A stretch of DNA of 64,000 bases from Minisyncoccia bacterium (GTDB taxonomy: Bacteria > Patescibacteriota > Minisyncoccia > Phycocordibacterales > PALSA-1337), in assembly GCA_044228445.1 (NCBI GenBank), contig JBGAUV010000001.1:79827-143826 (forward strand), written 5' to 3'. Position 1 is the first letter of the stretch. The number at the start of each line of letters is the position of its first letter. The notes below the pieces were generated by a model, which worked only from the letters and a program-made list of their open reading frames with translations, was not told the origin of the DNA and ran no database searches. The position numbers and the translations under genes were made by a program. Below are positions 19,995 through 29,484 of the stretch, piece by piece.

Positions 19995-20714
19995 TTATCT
20001 TATATGGTATTTTCTAACGTAGAGCTCTTGGGCTAAAGTAAATAAGCTTGAAACTGTCCAGTACAAAGCAACCACTGATGATATTTTATAAGAAATAAGA
20101 AATACCATAATAGGGAAGAAATATTTCAAATTTCTAGTCATGTTTTGTGCTATATCGTTTGGATTGCTTGCTCCACTTTTATAACTAACTGATCTTGTGG
20201 CTGGTGAAAAATGTAATTGTAAAAACTGTGATATTCCAGCAATTATAGAAAGGGGTATATTTCTAATACCAATATCAATCAAACCTAAGAAATGCATGTT
20301 TATAACAGGTACAGAAACAAAACCGTATAATATTTCTTTATTTACTTCAGGCAATCCTGAGTGAATAAATATAGAATATAAAGCATATATTATAGGTATT
20401 TGTAAAAACAAAAGAAAAAAACTTGAAAATGGACTAACTCCTTTTGCTTTATATAAAGCCATTGTTTGTAGGGCTTGAGCTTGTTTATCATTGCCAGTTT
20501 TTTCTCTTATTTTTGCAAGTTCAGGTTCAATCTGTTTCATTCTTACCTGAGTGATTATAGACTTCTTGGAAATAGGGAACAATATCAATCTAACTATTAT
20601 TGTAAACACTATTACAGCTATTCCTGCATCCATCCAAGGAAAAACATCTATTAAAAAAACAAGCCCATTATATAAAGGGTTAAAAATATAACTATGATAA
20701 ATATATGAAAACAT
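19995..20714 (-). CDS. yidC: Membrane protein insertase YidC/Oxa1 (short form)
   Basis: 239 aa: GIAVIVFTIIVRLILFPISKKSIITQVRMKQIEPELAKIREKTGNDKQAQALQTMALYKAKGVSPF... plus 5 TM helices. It is in the conserved position beside rnpA-rpmH. Confidence 0.9.
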   Translation of the reverse strand: MFSYIYHSYIFNPLYNGLVFLIDVFPWMDAGIAVIVFTIIVRLILFPISKKSIITQVRMKQIEPELAKIREKTGNDKQAQALQTMALYKAKGVSPFSSFFLLFLQIPIIYALYSIFIHSGLPEVNKEILYGFVSVPVINMHFLGLIDIGIRNIPLSIIAGISQFLQLHFSPATRSVSYKSGASNPNDIAQNMTRNLKYFFPIMVFLISYKISSVVALYWTVSSLFTLAQELYVRKYHIR

Positions 20715-20724
20715 ATAGGCTATT

Positions 20725-21060
20725 TTACTTTAAAAGTCCGGTTTTAACAAAGAGATTGATAATTTCTTTCTCTAATGTTTCAAAATCGAGCTTATCGCTA
20801 TTAGGTTTCATTATTATAATTCCCATTACTTTTTTTTGAAGATCAGGGTATAACTCTTTAATTATAGAAAAAACTTTTCTTTTCATCTTATTTCTTACTA
20901 CAGCACTCTTTGATACTTTTTTAGGTATAGATATAGAAAACTGACTGTTTTCAGTCGTTTCCTTTAGTCTAAGAGTAGCTATTGTGCTATGAAAAGGCTT
21001 ACCTTCATCAATAACTATATTGAAAGATGACTTATTTAGTCTCTTTTTCTTTGGGAGCAT
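20725..21060 (-). CDS. rnpA: Ribonuclease P protein component
   Basis: 111 aa: KKKRLNKSSFNIVIDEGKPFHSTIATLRL... It is immediately downstream of rpmH, the universal rpmH-rnpA arrangement. Confidence 0.85.
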   Translation of the reverse strand: MLPKKKRLNKSSFNIVIDEGKPFHSTIATLRLKETTENSQFSISIPKKVSKSAVVRNKMKRKVFSIIKELYPDLQKKVMGIIIMKPNSDKLDFETLEKEIINLFVKTGLLK

Positions 21061-21061
21061 A

Positions 21062-21196
21062 TTATATAGCTATTTTCTTTCTACCTTTTGTTCTTCTGCG
21101 CTTTAGAACATTTCTTCCTCCACTTGTTTTTGTTCTAACTAGAAAACCGTGTGATTTTGCGCGCTTTCTTTTCTTTGGTTGATATGTAAATGACAT
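21062..21196 (-). CDS. rpmH: 50S ribosomal protein L34
   Basis: [44 protein letters not shown], 44 aa, near-identical to the bacterial L34 consensus. The ORF-track start at 21256 is an upstream in-frame extension and is not used here. Confidence 0.9.
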   Translation of the reverse strand: MSFTYQPKKRKRAKSHGFLVRTKTSGGRNVLKRRRTKGRKKIAI

Positions 21197-21330
21197 AGTG
21201 GAAGTACTATATACCATAATTAACAAGTTATCAACATGTTTATTAAACTTGCACAAGTTTGCTATTTTTTAAACCAGTATATACTAGTAATATATTTTAA
21301 TTTAATTTTCTTAAATTTATAAAAACAAAT

Positions 21331-22677
21331 ATGAATGATTTCAATAAATTATGGGAAAATGCTCTTTTAGAAATCAGTGTTTCGGTTTCGCCTGCGAATT
21401 TTTCTACTTGGTTTAACGATACTTATATACTAAAACAAGAAGAGGGTGTAATTTATCTTGGGGTACCGAACCCATTTACAAGAGATTGGTTATATAAAAA
21501 GTTTCATAACACTATTTTAAAGGTACTAAGACAAATGGATGAACAGGTAAGAGGTCTTGAATATGTTGTTTTAAAAGAAAGTGAAAAAAGAAGGGTAGAG
21601 GAAAGAAAAAAGGCTCAACCAGATCCTACAATATCTATTCCTCTGCAAGATTTCTATATAAATAGAGATGATAATTTAAACCCAAGATATATATTTGATA
21701 ACTTTGTAGTTGGTCCATTCAATGAACTTGCTCATGCTGCTTCAAAAAGTGTAGTAAAAAACCCAGGTACTGCTTATAACCCTTTATTTATATATGGAAA
21801 TGCTGGCCATGGTAAAACACACTTAATACAAGCAGTAGGTAATCATATAAAAAAGGAACATCCTCATAAAAAAGTATTTTATTTAACTTCAGAGAGATTT
21901 GGTTCAGAGTATTTTACTGCTCTTCAAAGTAATAAAGCTCAACAATTTAAAGAAAAATATAGAAAATACGATGTAATTATTATGGATGATGTTCAGTTCT
22001 TTGCAAGTAAAGAGAAATTTCAAGAGGAATTATTCCATTTATTCAACACTTTCCACGACACCAATAGGCAATTAGTATTTTCTTCGGATAAACACCCTCA
22101 CTTTATACCTGGTTTAGAAGAAAGATTAAAATCTAGATTTAGTATGGGTATGATAATAGACATACCATCTCCTGATCATGAATCTAGAATGGCTATATTG
22201 AGAGCTAAAATGAATGTGAACAATATAATAGTGGAAGATAGTATTATAGAATTCTTAGCCTCAAATATAGAAAGTAATGTTAGGGAACTTGAAGGAGTAG
22301 CGAACGCTGTCGTTTGTCAGACTCAATTAAAAAATCGTCCTTTAAATATAAATGAAGTAAAGAATCTTATAAAAAACAGCACGAAACCTAAGAAAAATAT
22401 ATCTATAAAGGATGTAGTAAAGATAGTTTCTAGTTTTTACAACATTGACGAAGAGAGTGTATATGATAAAACAAGAAAGAAAGAAGTTGTTAAACCAAGA
22501 CAGGTGATAATGTATATTTTAAGAGAAGATTTAAATATATCTTTCCCTTCAATAGGTGAAAAAATGGGTAGAAGAGATCATACAACAGTAATACACTCTT
22601 GTGAAAAGATAAAAGAAGAGATGAAATCAAATACTGTATTAACTGAAGAAATATCTCAAATTAGATCTATGTTGTAA
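21331..22677 (+). CDS. dnaA: Chromosomal replication initiator DnaA
   Basis: 448 aa. AAA+ Walker A GNAGHGKTHLIQAVGN, Walker B IIMDDVQF, sensor motifs, and the C-terminal DnaA-box binding domain (VIMYILREDLNISFPSIGEKMGRRDHTTVIHSCEKI). Confidence 0.95.
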   Translation: MNDFNKLWENALLEISVSVSPANFSTWFNDTYILKQEEGVIYLGVPNPFTRDWLYKKFHNTILKVLRQMDEQVRGLEYVVLKESEKRRVEERKKAQPDPTISIPLQDFYINRDDNLNPRYIFDNFVVGPFNELAHAASKSVVKNPGTAYNPLFIYGNAGHGKTHLIQAVGNHIKKEHPHKKVFYLTSERFGSEYFTALQSNKAQQFKEKYRKYDVIIMDDVQFFASKEKFQEELFHLFNTFHDTNRQLVFSSDKHPHFIPGLEERLKSRFSMGMIIDIPSPDHESRMAILRAKMNVNNIIVEDSIIEFLASNIESNVRELEGVANAVVCQTQLKNRPLNINEVKNLIKNSTKPKKNISIKDVVKIVSSFYNIDEESVYDKTRKKEVVKPRQVIMYILREDLNISFPSIGEKMGRRDHTTVIHSCEKIKEEMKSNTVLTEEISQIRSML

Positions 22678-22897
22678 TTGTTGATAACTTTGTGGATAAA
22701 CTGTGTTTTTAACTTAATAACTTGTATATATATTTTGGATAAAAAAGGTATAAAATATATAAAGATAAAAGTTATTAAATTTAGGTCGAAAGTTATCCAC
22801 TAGTCTCATATTTTAAATATGGCTTTAAATAAAGACTTATTTGATTTATCACCATATCCACAGGACTAATAGTAATAATAAATTAATATATAAATAT
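22678..22897. promoter_or_regulatory. Candidate oriC: AT-rich dnaA-dnaN spacer carrying DnaA boxes
   Basis: TGTGGATAA is perfect at 22691-22699. TTTGGATAA at 22734-22742 has 1 mismatch. TTATCCACT at 22794-22802 has 1 mismatch. TATCCACAG is at 22854-22862. An AT-rich tract with tatatatatttt sits between the boxes. There is one more box-like TTATCAACA at 21228-21236 upstream of dnaA. Confidence 0.7.
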
Positions 22898-24004
22898 ATG
22901 AAGATAGAATGTGAACAAGGTAAATTAAAGGAAGTAATAGATATAGCAAATAAGATTTCAGGTAAGCATATGACTCTTCCTGTATTGTCATGTTTATTAT
23001 TTCAAACAAATAAAGACAATACAGTTACTATAAAATCCACAAATCTAGATATAGGTCTTGAAGTTAGTATACCCGCTAAAGTAAATGAACAAGGTACTGT
23101 TGCAATACCTAGTTCAGTATTATCTTCTTTTATTTCAAATATCCCATATTCTGATAAGCCTATAAAAATGGAAGTTAAGGATGGTAATGTAAATATTTCA
23201 AATTCAAAAACATCAGGAATTATAAAATCCCAATCTCCCGATGATTTTCCTAGTATTCCTAGAGTAAGTTCAGATAATGTATTCAATATAGATTCAATAG
23301 ACTTTGTAAAAGGTTTAAAATCAGTTTGGTATAGTTCTTCAGTTTCTAGTATAAAACCAGAATTATCTAGTGTGTATATATATTGTGATGGAGAATATGT
23401 AGTCTTTGTTGCTACAGATTCATTTAGATTGGCTGAAAAGAAGGTTAGAATTAAAAAAAGTAAAGATTTCGAACAAATACTCATTCCTCATAAGAATATA
23501 CCAGATATAATTAATGTTCTCGATAAAATAAATGGGGAAGTAGAAGTAACCCTAGATAAAAACCAAGTATCATTTAGTTATAAAGATATTTTTCTTGTCT
23601 CAAGGGTAGTTGATGGAGTATTTCCAGATTACAGACAAATTATTCCAAAACAATACACAACAGAAATAACTGTATTAAAGCAAGATTTTGTTAATACTTT
23701 AAAACTTTCAAATGTTTTCTCAGATAAATTTAATCAAGTTAATATTAAAATAGACCCAGAAGCTAAAATTTGCCAGATTAAGACAAAAAATAATGATGTA
23801 GGTGAAAATACCTCAATTATCGATGCAAGCATTACTGGCGAAGGTTTAGAGATAAATTTTAATTATAAATATATTATTGATTGTTTTCAGTCTGTAAATT
23901 CTGACAGTGTAATTCTTTCTTTTAGTGGTTTGAATCGTCCCATGGTAATAAAACCTTTATCAGATCAAACTTTTAGATATCTTGTAATGCCAATGAATAG
24001 GTAA
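22898..24004 (+). CDS. dnaN: DNA polymerase III beta sliding clamp
   Basis: It starts MKIECEQGKLKEVIDIANKISGKHMTLPVLSCLLFQ, the canonical DnaN N-terminus, and has the three-domain length of 368 aa. The ORF-track start at 22841 (TTG) would run through DnaA boxes, so ATG 22898 is preferred. Confidence 0.9.
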   Translation: MKIECEQGKLKEVIDIANKISGKHMTLPVLSCLLFQTNKDNTVTIKSTNLDIGLEVSIPAKVNEQGTVAIPSSVLSSFISNIPYSDKPIKMEVKDGNVNISNSKTSGIIKSQSPDDFPSIPRVSSDNVFNIDSIDFVKGLKSVWYSSSVSSIKPELSSVYIYCDGEYVVFVATDSFRLAEKKVRIKKSKDFEQILIPHKNIPDIINVLDKINGEVEVTLDKNQVSFSYKDIFLVSRVVDGVFPDYRQIIPKQYTTEITVLKQDFVNTLKLSNVFSDKFNQVNIKIDPEAKICQIKTKNNDVGENTSIIDASITGEGLEINFNYKYIIDCFQSVNSDSVILSFSGLNRPMVIKPLSDQTFRYLVMPMNR

Positions 24005-24015
24005 AATAAAAATAA

Positions 24016-24270
24016 ATGAAGAATATATCTGATTTTTTCTCTGTTTTTAACAATAAAGCCTCAAAAGAGATAACTAAAAGATTAAAAATAATAGAAATAA
24101 TTAAAAAACATACAAAAATTACCTTAGAAATGAAGGATATTAGTATTATAAGTAATGTAGCTATTATAAAATCACCCCAAATATTAAAAAATGAGATAAA
24201 TATTAAAAAAACAAAGATACTAGAAGATATAAGACTAAATATACAGGAAAAAATAATAGATATAAGATAA
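24016..24270 (+). CDS. Small DUF721-like protein (RemB/DciA-like) downstream of dnaN
   Basis: 84 aa. The hydrophobic periodicity ...ISIISNVAIIKSPQILKNEINIKKTKILEDIRLNIQEKIIDIR resembles the DUF721 pattern (L.V.V.S..w..EL......il..lN.......i..I.f). Its position next to dnaN is typical for DUF721/DciA genes. The call rests on pattern and synteny only. Confidence 0.4.
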   Translation: MKNISDFFSVFNNKASKEITKRLKIIEIIKKHTKITLEMKDISIISNVAIIKSPQILKNEINIKKTKILEDIRLNIQEKIIDIR

Positions 24271-24271
24271 A

Positions 24272-26812
24272 TTAATTGGTTATCTCTGTTGTATTTACCG
24301 ATGTTTCAGCTTCGCCACGATTTAATACCGTATCGTAAACAATAACTCTAATATCAACTTTTCCTGGTGAAATACCACTATCATTAAGATTTACATTAAA
24401 TAATTTCTGATTGGTTTCATTTGTGGAAATAAATTTATCATTTATATAAAGCTCAGCTTTTTTAATAGGAAATTTTGTAATAGCATCATAATTTATTGAA
24501 AGTCTGGAATTCATATTTATTAATGAATCTTTAATAGGGGAGGTAATGCTTACTTTTGGAAAGTTTGCAGGTATATGAATATCATCTGTTTCAGTAGGAA
24601 TACTAATATTTGTAGTTTCAGTAAATCCAGGATTAGTTTTTTTCCATTCTGTAAACCATTTTTGAACACCATATTCCCAATTTTCATACTGAGAATCGTT
24701 TTGAGGGTTTAATGGAGCTTCGCCATTTGGATCATCTTTTGAAACCCAATGAAGAATATTGTGAACACTATTAAATACGACATCCTGTTTTAATTCTTTC
24801 GGAGTGTATTGTGTAGCTCTTTTCTTTGAAATAGTATCAATACTATAAGCTACTCCACCTTTCCAAATTCCTTTTAGAGTAGGTTTTACATCTTCAGGTG
24901 TTGGTTCTGGTTTTTTAAAATATTCCTTTGGTAAACTTGAATTAACTTCAGCCATAAATGCTCCCCAAACAGGTGCAATAATCAAACCTGCCACTTTTTT
25001 ATCCATAGGAGTATTGTCGTTTTTACCTGCCCAAGCTCCAACTACAAGGTTTGGTGTATATCCTTCTATCCAAACATCTCTAAAATCGTTGGTAGTACCT
25101 GTTTTTATTGCTACAGGTCTTCCACCCAATGATTCCCCAACAGGAATAAGACTAGACATACGAACTTTTGTATCTGAAAGTATATCTGATATTTGTCTAG
25201 CAACTTGGGGAGGAATACTTTCGCTAGGATCATTTATAGCTTCTTCAAGTACCTTACCACTACTATCTTCAACCTTTAGAACAGCTCTATAGTTATTTCT
25301 AATACCATCATTTGCAAATACACCATAAGCACTTGTAAGTTCAAGTAAAGAAACTTCACCACCTCCAAGAACAAGAGTTAAACCATATCTATTTGGATCT
25401 TTTAAACTAGTTATTCCCATTCTCTTTGCTGTATTTAATGAATCTTGTATACCAGCTAAGTAAAGAGTTTTTACAGCCGGAACATTTCTTGAATGTGCCA
25501 ACGCTGTTCTTATAGGCATAGGACCTTCAAATATTCCATCATATTCAACAGGAGAATAACAAACCTTTTGATCAATTTTATCTGATTTTGGTTTACTATC
25601 AGGAGTACACTGACTTGAAAATTCAGTCTGAACATCAAAAAGTACAGTTTCAGGAGTATATCCTTTCATAAAAGCGGTGGCATAAACAAAAGGTTTAAAA
25701 GTAGAACCTGGTTGTCTGTATGCAGTTGCTACATTGAAGTTTCCATCAATTTTCTTATCAAAATAATCTCTAGAACCAACCATAGTTAGTATATCCCCAT
25801 TTTTTGGGTTTATAGCAACCATTGCAGTGTTACTAGCATTGTATTGATTTTCAAGTGTAGAAGCAAAGTTTTTTATTACCTTTTCTGCTTTTTCTTGCAT
25901 AGAATAATCCAAAGTTGTGGTAACTTTTAAACCACCTTCATCAACTATATCTTCACCATATTTTTTATTTAAATAATCACGCACATACATAGAAAAGTGT
26001 GGAGCTCTAATTCCATAAGTATTTTTTTCTAGAAAAACAACCTTTTCTTTTATTGCTTGATCGTATTCATTTTGATTTATATAACCCAATTCTTTCATTT
26101 TACTTAGAACTATTCTTTGTCTATCTTGAAGTTTTTTTAAATTTTGACCATAAGGATTATAAAAAGTAGGTGCTTGTGGTATAGCTGCCAAGTATGCTGA
26201 TTGAGCAATTGTTAATTCATTAGCACTTTTGCCAAAATAAGTTCTACTAGCTTCTTCTACACCGTATATATTTCCTCCATATGGAGACTCATTCAAATAA
26301 ATTGAGAATATTTGATCTTTACTTAAAACCCTTTCAATTTTTAAAGAAAGTATCCACTCCTTCAACTTTCTTGTTAAAGTTTTATCTTTTGTTAAAACAG
26401 AATTTTTAACAACCTGTTGAGTAATAGTAGAACCACCTTGAGCTAAACCTCCACCTAAAATATCAGCTAGTATTGCTCTCAATATTGCACTAGGCTGAAT
26501 ACCTTTGTGTTTATAAAAGTCATTATCTTCAATTGATACAGTAGCGTCTTTTACATGTTTTGAAATACTATCAAAAGGAACAACAGTTCTTCTTGCATCA
26601 CTGTGAATATCATAAAGAAGGATTTCCCCAGTCCTATCATATATTTTTGTTGATTGAGATACTTTTCTAGCTTCAAAAGCGCTTAAATCAGGGATTTTTA
26701 TAGTAGTTAACCATATTATTATACTTCCTGAAACAAAGAAAAATAGAGCCAAAAATATGGATATTAATCCCTTTATATGTTTTTTTACCCAAGAAAAGCG
26801 CCTAAGCGACAT
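24272..26812 (-). CDS. Class A penicillin-binding protein (bifunctional glycosyltransferase/transpeptidase) with C-terminal extension
   Basis: The GT51 motifs are EDNDFYKHKGIQPSAILRA...GGSTITQQVVKN. The transpeptidase motifs are STFKPF, SRN and KTGTT. There is an N-terminal TM anchor. The probable start is MSLRR (26812), and the longer ORF-track start would overlap divergent tyrS. Confidence 0.9.
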   Translation of the reverse strand: MSLRRFSWVKKHIKGLISIFLALFFFVSGSIIIWLTTIKIPDLSAFEARKVSQSTKIYDRTGEILLYDIHSDARRTVVPFDSISKHVKDATVSIEDNDFYKHKGIQPSAILRAILADILGGGLAQGGSTITQQVVKNSVLTKDKTLTRKLKEWILSLKIERVLSKDQIFSIYLNESPYGGNIYGVEEASRTYFGKSANELTIAQSAYLAAIPQAPTFYNPYGQNLKKLQDRQRIVLSKMKELGYINQNEYDQAIKEKVVFLEKNTYGIRAPHFSMYVRDYLNKKYGEDIVDEGGLKVTTTLDYSMQEKAEKVIKNFASTLENQYNASNTAMVAINPKNGDILTMVGSRDYFDKKIDGNFNVATAYRQPGSTFKPFVYATAFMKGYTPETVLFDVQTEFSSQCTPDSKPKSDKIDQKVCYSPVEYDGIFEGPMPIRTALAHSRNVPAVKTLYLAGIQDSLNTAKRMGITSLKDPNRYGLTLVLGGGEVSLLELTSAYGVFANDGIRNNYRAVLKVEDSSGKVLEEAINDPSESIPPQVARQISDILSDTKVRMSSLIPVGESLGGRPVAIKTGTTNDFRDVWIEGYTPNLVVGAWAGKNDNTPMDKKVAGLIIAPVWGAFMAEVNSSLPKEYFKKPEPTPEDVKPTLKGIWKGGVAYSIDTISKKRATQYTPKELKQDVVFNSVHNILHWVSKDDPNGEAPLNPQNDSQYENWEYGVQKWFTEWKKTNPGFTETTNISIPTETDDIHIPANFPKVSITSPIKDSLINMNSRLSINYDAITKFPIKKAELYINDKFISTNETNQKLFNVNLNDSGISPGKVDIRVIVYDTVLNRGEAETSVNTTEITN

Positions 26813-26840
26813 GGCAGAATTGTACCATACATGGTAGATT

Positions 26841-28070
26841 ATGTGCATGTTTTGGTCAAAACCTATAAAAGTTATAACAGATGAAAAATTAATAAATAAT
26901 TTCTTAAATAGAGGAGTAGAAAATATATTTCCTAATAAAGATTTCCTAAAATCAAAATTAATAAAAGGAGAAAGATTAAGTTTTTATCTAGGAGTTGATC
27001 CAACTGGTCCTATGCATTTGGGGCATATGATACCAATGTTAAAATTGGCAGAATTACAAAACATGGGTCATCAAATAATCCTTTTAATAGGTGATTTTAC
27101 CGCTATGATAGGTGATCCTACTGATAAAAGTGCAGTAAGAAAACAATTAACTCGAGAACAAGTTCTAAAGAATTGTGAAAACTACAAAGAACAGGCAGGA
27201 AAAATTCTCGATTTTTCAGGATCAAATAAAGCAATGTTTAGATTTAATTCTGAATGGTTATCAAAGATGAATTTCTCTAATGTCCTTGAATTATCATCAC
27301 TAGTTACAGTAGAACAAATGTTAAAGAGAGATATGTTTGAAAAAAGAATTTCAGAAAGCAAACCAATTTTCATACATGAATTTATGTACCCACTTATGCA
27401 AGGCTATGATTCTGTTGCTATGAATGTAGATGGGGAAATAGGTGGAAACGATCAAACTTTCAACATGCTTATGGGTCGTGATCTAATAAAAACACTCAAG
27501 AATAAAGAAAAATTTGTAGTCGCAACAAAACTCCTAGTTGATTCAAACGGTAAAAAAATGGGTAAAACTGATGGCAATGCAGTAAGTTTGGATCAAAATG
27601 CCGAAGAAATATATGGAAGGGTTATGAGCTGGAATGATGACATCATAGTAAATGCTTTTGAGATTGCTACAAGAGTTCCAATTGAAGAAATAGATAATAT
27701 GAAAAGAATGATGAATGGTGGAGCAAACCCAAAAGAATTCAAGTCTCGTTTAGCAAAAGAAATAATATCAATAATTCATGATAGTGAAAGTGCAAATAGG
27801 GCAGAGAAGTCTTTTGATTCATTATTTAAAAATAAAGAAGTACCAAAGGATATATTGGAACTAACAGTAAATAAAACTGATGCTATAAAAGATATTATTG
27901 TTTCAAATAACATAGTATCCTCAAATACAGAATGGAAAAGACTAATAGAAAGCAATGCAGTTACAGAATTCCCAAGTGAAAAGATAATAAATGATCCTTA
28001 TATAAAACTAGATAAAGATACAGTGCTAAGAATTGGAAAAAAGAGATTCGTTAAAATAATAGTTAAGTAA
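26841..28070 (+). CDS. tyrS: Tyrosine--tRNA ligase
   Basis: HIGH region is GVDPTGPMHLGHMIPM, then LIGDFTAMIGDPTDKS, and the KMSKS-type motif KKMGKT. There is a C-terminal S4-like tail. 409 aa. Confidence 0.85.
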   Translation: MCMFWSKPIKVITDEKLINNFLNRGVENIFPNKDFLKSKLIKGERLSFYLGVDPTGPMHLGHMIPMLKLAELQNMGHQIILLIGDFTAMIGDPTDKSAVRKQLTREQVLKNCENYKEQAGKILDFSGSNKAMFRFNSEWLSKMNFSNVLELSSLVTVEQMLKRDMFEKRISESKPIFIHEFMYPLMQGYDSVAMNVDGEIGGNDQTFNMLMGRDLIKTLKNKEKFVVATKLLVDSNGKKMGKTDGNAVSLDQNAEEIYGRVMSWNDDIIVNAFEIATRVPIEEIDNMKRMMNGGANPKEFKSRLAKEIISIIHDSESANRAEKSFDSLFKNKEVPKDILELTVNKTDAIKDIIVSNNIVSSNTEWKRLIESNAVTEFPSEKIINDPYIKLDKDTVLRIGKKRFVKIIVK

Positions 28071-28072
28071 AC

Positions 28073-28096
28073 AAAAAAACCACATATGTGGTTTTT
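28073..28096. terminator. Bidirectional intrinsic terminator (A7-CCACATATGTGG-T5) between convergent tyrS and small acidic ORF
   Basis: aaaaaaaccacatatgtggttttt is a perfect 12-nt palindrome flanked by A- and T-runs. It lies 3 nt after the tyrS stop and 9 nt after the stop of the minus-strand ORF. Confidence 0.65.
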
Positions 28097-28104
28097 GTTA
28101 TTAT

Positions 28105-28296
28105 TTATTCCTCCCATCTATCACCAAAAGGATTTACATCTTCTTCATCAATCCCTTCTTCCTCTTCTGTATCAAGTATATCTTCTGGTTCCTCCGCTTC
28201 ATCAACTACTACTGCTTCATCATCTACCTCAATAATTTTTTCTTCCTCTTCTTGTTTACCTTTTTTTTTCAATTTTGTTTCTTTTGCTTTTGGCAT
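28105..28296 (-). CDS. Hypothetical small highly acidic protein (63 aa, about 45% D/E)
   Basis: MPKAKETKLKKKGKQEEEEKIIEVDDEAVVVDEAEEPEDILDTEEEEGIDEEDVNPFGDRWEE. The terminator sits directly downstream. The overlapping plus-strand ORF is a Ser-rich mirror image. Confidence 0.35.
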   Translation of the reverse strand: MPKAKETKLKKKGKQEEEEKIIEVDDEAVVVDEAEEPEDILDTEEEEGIDEEDVNPFGDRWEE

Positions 28297-28368
28297 AGAT
28301 ATTATTTTATTGAATTACTATTTATTATGAGAATAGTTGTAACAAAATGGAATATTTTTTGCAAATTT

Positions 28369-28869
28369 CTATTTCTGTGGAAAACTTCTATGACTATATG
28401 CAAAGTGAGTTAAACCAATTGCTATAGCATCATATTCATCATCTATTATCCTATCTTTTTTTGAATTCATTTTAATTAATAAAGGTAACATTTTCATTAT
28501 ACTAGTTTTATCACTCCTACCATCTCCTGTAATGGCCATTTTTATTTGTAGGGGAGTGTATTCATATACCGGTATTTGGGCCAATAATGCCTCATACGAT
28601 ATTATTCCACGTGCTTCTGATACTCTCATCGCAGTCTTTTGATTTTTTGTTATAAAGAGCGTTTCTATAGCTAGAGCTTGAGGTTTGTATTTTTCAATAA
28701 TTTCTCTAACCTTCAAACCAATTTTTAAAAACCTTTCATATATCTCTTGTTTTGAATCAGTCGTAAAACACTCAGAATATATAAGTTTTTCTTTTTCTCC
28801 CATCAGTCTTTCGACTATAGCTATACCAAGCCTATCGTATCCTGGGTCAATTCCAATTATTCTCATCAA
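28369..28869 (-). CDS. ruvC: Crossover junction endodeoxyribonuclease RuvC
   Basis: MRIIGIDPGYDRLGIAIVE... with catalytic acidic residues in the conserved positions. 166 aa. Confidence 0.9.
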   Translation of the reverse strand: MMRIIGIDPGYDRLGIAIVERLMGEKEKLIYSECFTTDSKQEIYERFLKIGLKVREIIEKYKPQALAIETLFITKNQKTAMRVSEARGIISYEALLAQIPVYEYTPLQIKMAITGDGRSDKTSIMKMLPLLIKMNSKKDRIIDDEYDAIAIGLTHFAYSHRSFPQK

Positions 28870-28878
28870 TTAATTATA

Positions 28879-29409
28879 CTACTCTGCATTAGTAAATACT
28901 TCTTGTACCTCATCATTCTCTTCTAGTTCTTCAACCATTGCTTGTAGTTTTTCTATATCAGTATCTTCAAGTGGCATAGTCATATTCGCTTTCCAACCCT
29001 CATGAGTCTTTGTAAAAGCCCAACTTGCACTACCCAGAGCAGCAAGTTCAGAACCGTGCTTTGATAATATATGTTTTATCTCTTGAGCAGCCTTATTTCT
29101 ATTATCAGTTAAAGCCTCGATAAGAATAGCTGTGCCACCTGGACCATAGCATTCATACATTATTGTTTCCATGCTAGCACTATTGTCAGCACTTCCTTTT
29201 TTAATAGCTCTATCAATAGTATCGTTTGGCATGTTTTCTTTTTTTGCCTTTTCTATAGCTAGTGCCAAACCTGGAGATTTTAGATTTCCTCCAGCCTTTT
29301 TTGCTTCTACTGTAATATATCTTACTAATTTACCAAAAATTTTACTCTTTTGAGCATCATTCTTGGCTTTTTGGTGTTTAATTTTTGAAAATTTATTATG
29401 TCCTGCCAT
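28879..29409 (-). CDS. YebC/PmpR-family transcriptional regulator (short, 176 aa)
   Basis: MAGHNKFSKIKHQKAKNDAQKSKIFGKLVRYITVEAKKAGGNLKSPGLALAIEKAKKENMPNDTIDRAIKKG matches the YebC N-terminus. It is about 65 aa shorter than typical. Confidence 0.85.
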   Translation of the reverse strand: MAGHNKFSKIKHQKAKNDAQKSKIFGKLVRYITVEAKKAGGNLKSPGLALAIEKAKKENMPNDTIDRAIKKGSADNSASMETIMYECYGPGGTAILIEALTDNRNKAAQEIKHILSKHGSELAALGSASWAFTKTHEGWKANMTMPLEDTDIEKLQAMVEELEENDEVQEVFTNAE

Positions 29410-29484
29410 GACAATACATTAACAGATTTTAATTTTTTGTAAAAGAAAACACCGCTTAACGGTGAATTCGGTGTTTCTGTTTTG

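Noticed and set aside
22841-22897. ORF-track N-terminal extension of dnaN (TTG start, MIYHHIHRTNSNNKLIYKY)
   Set aside because: The extension covers DnaA boxes in the oriC spacer. The conserved DnaN N-terminus begins at ATG 22898.
28088-28330. Plus-strand 80-aa Ser-rich ORF
   Set aside because: It is the mirror image of the minus-strand polyacidic ORF (GAA/GAT codons read as Ser/Ile on the other strand). Its low-complexity Ser run is not protein-like.
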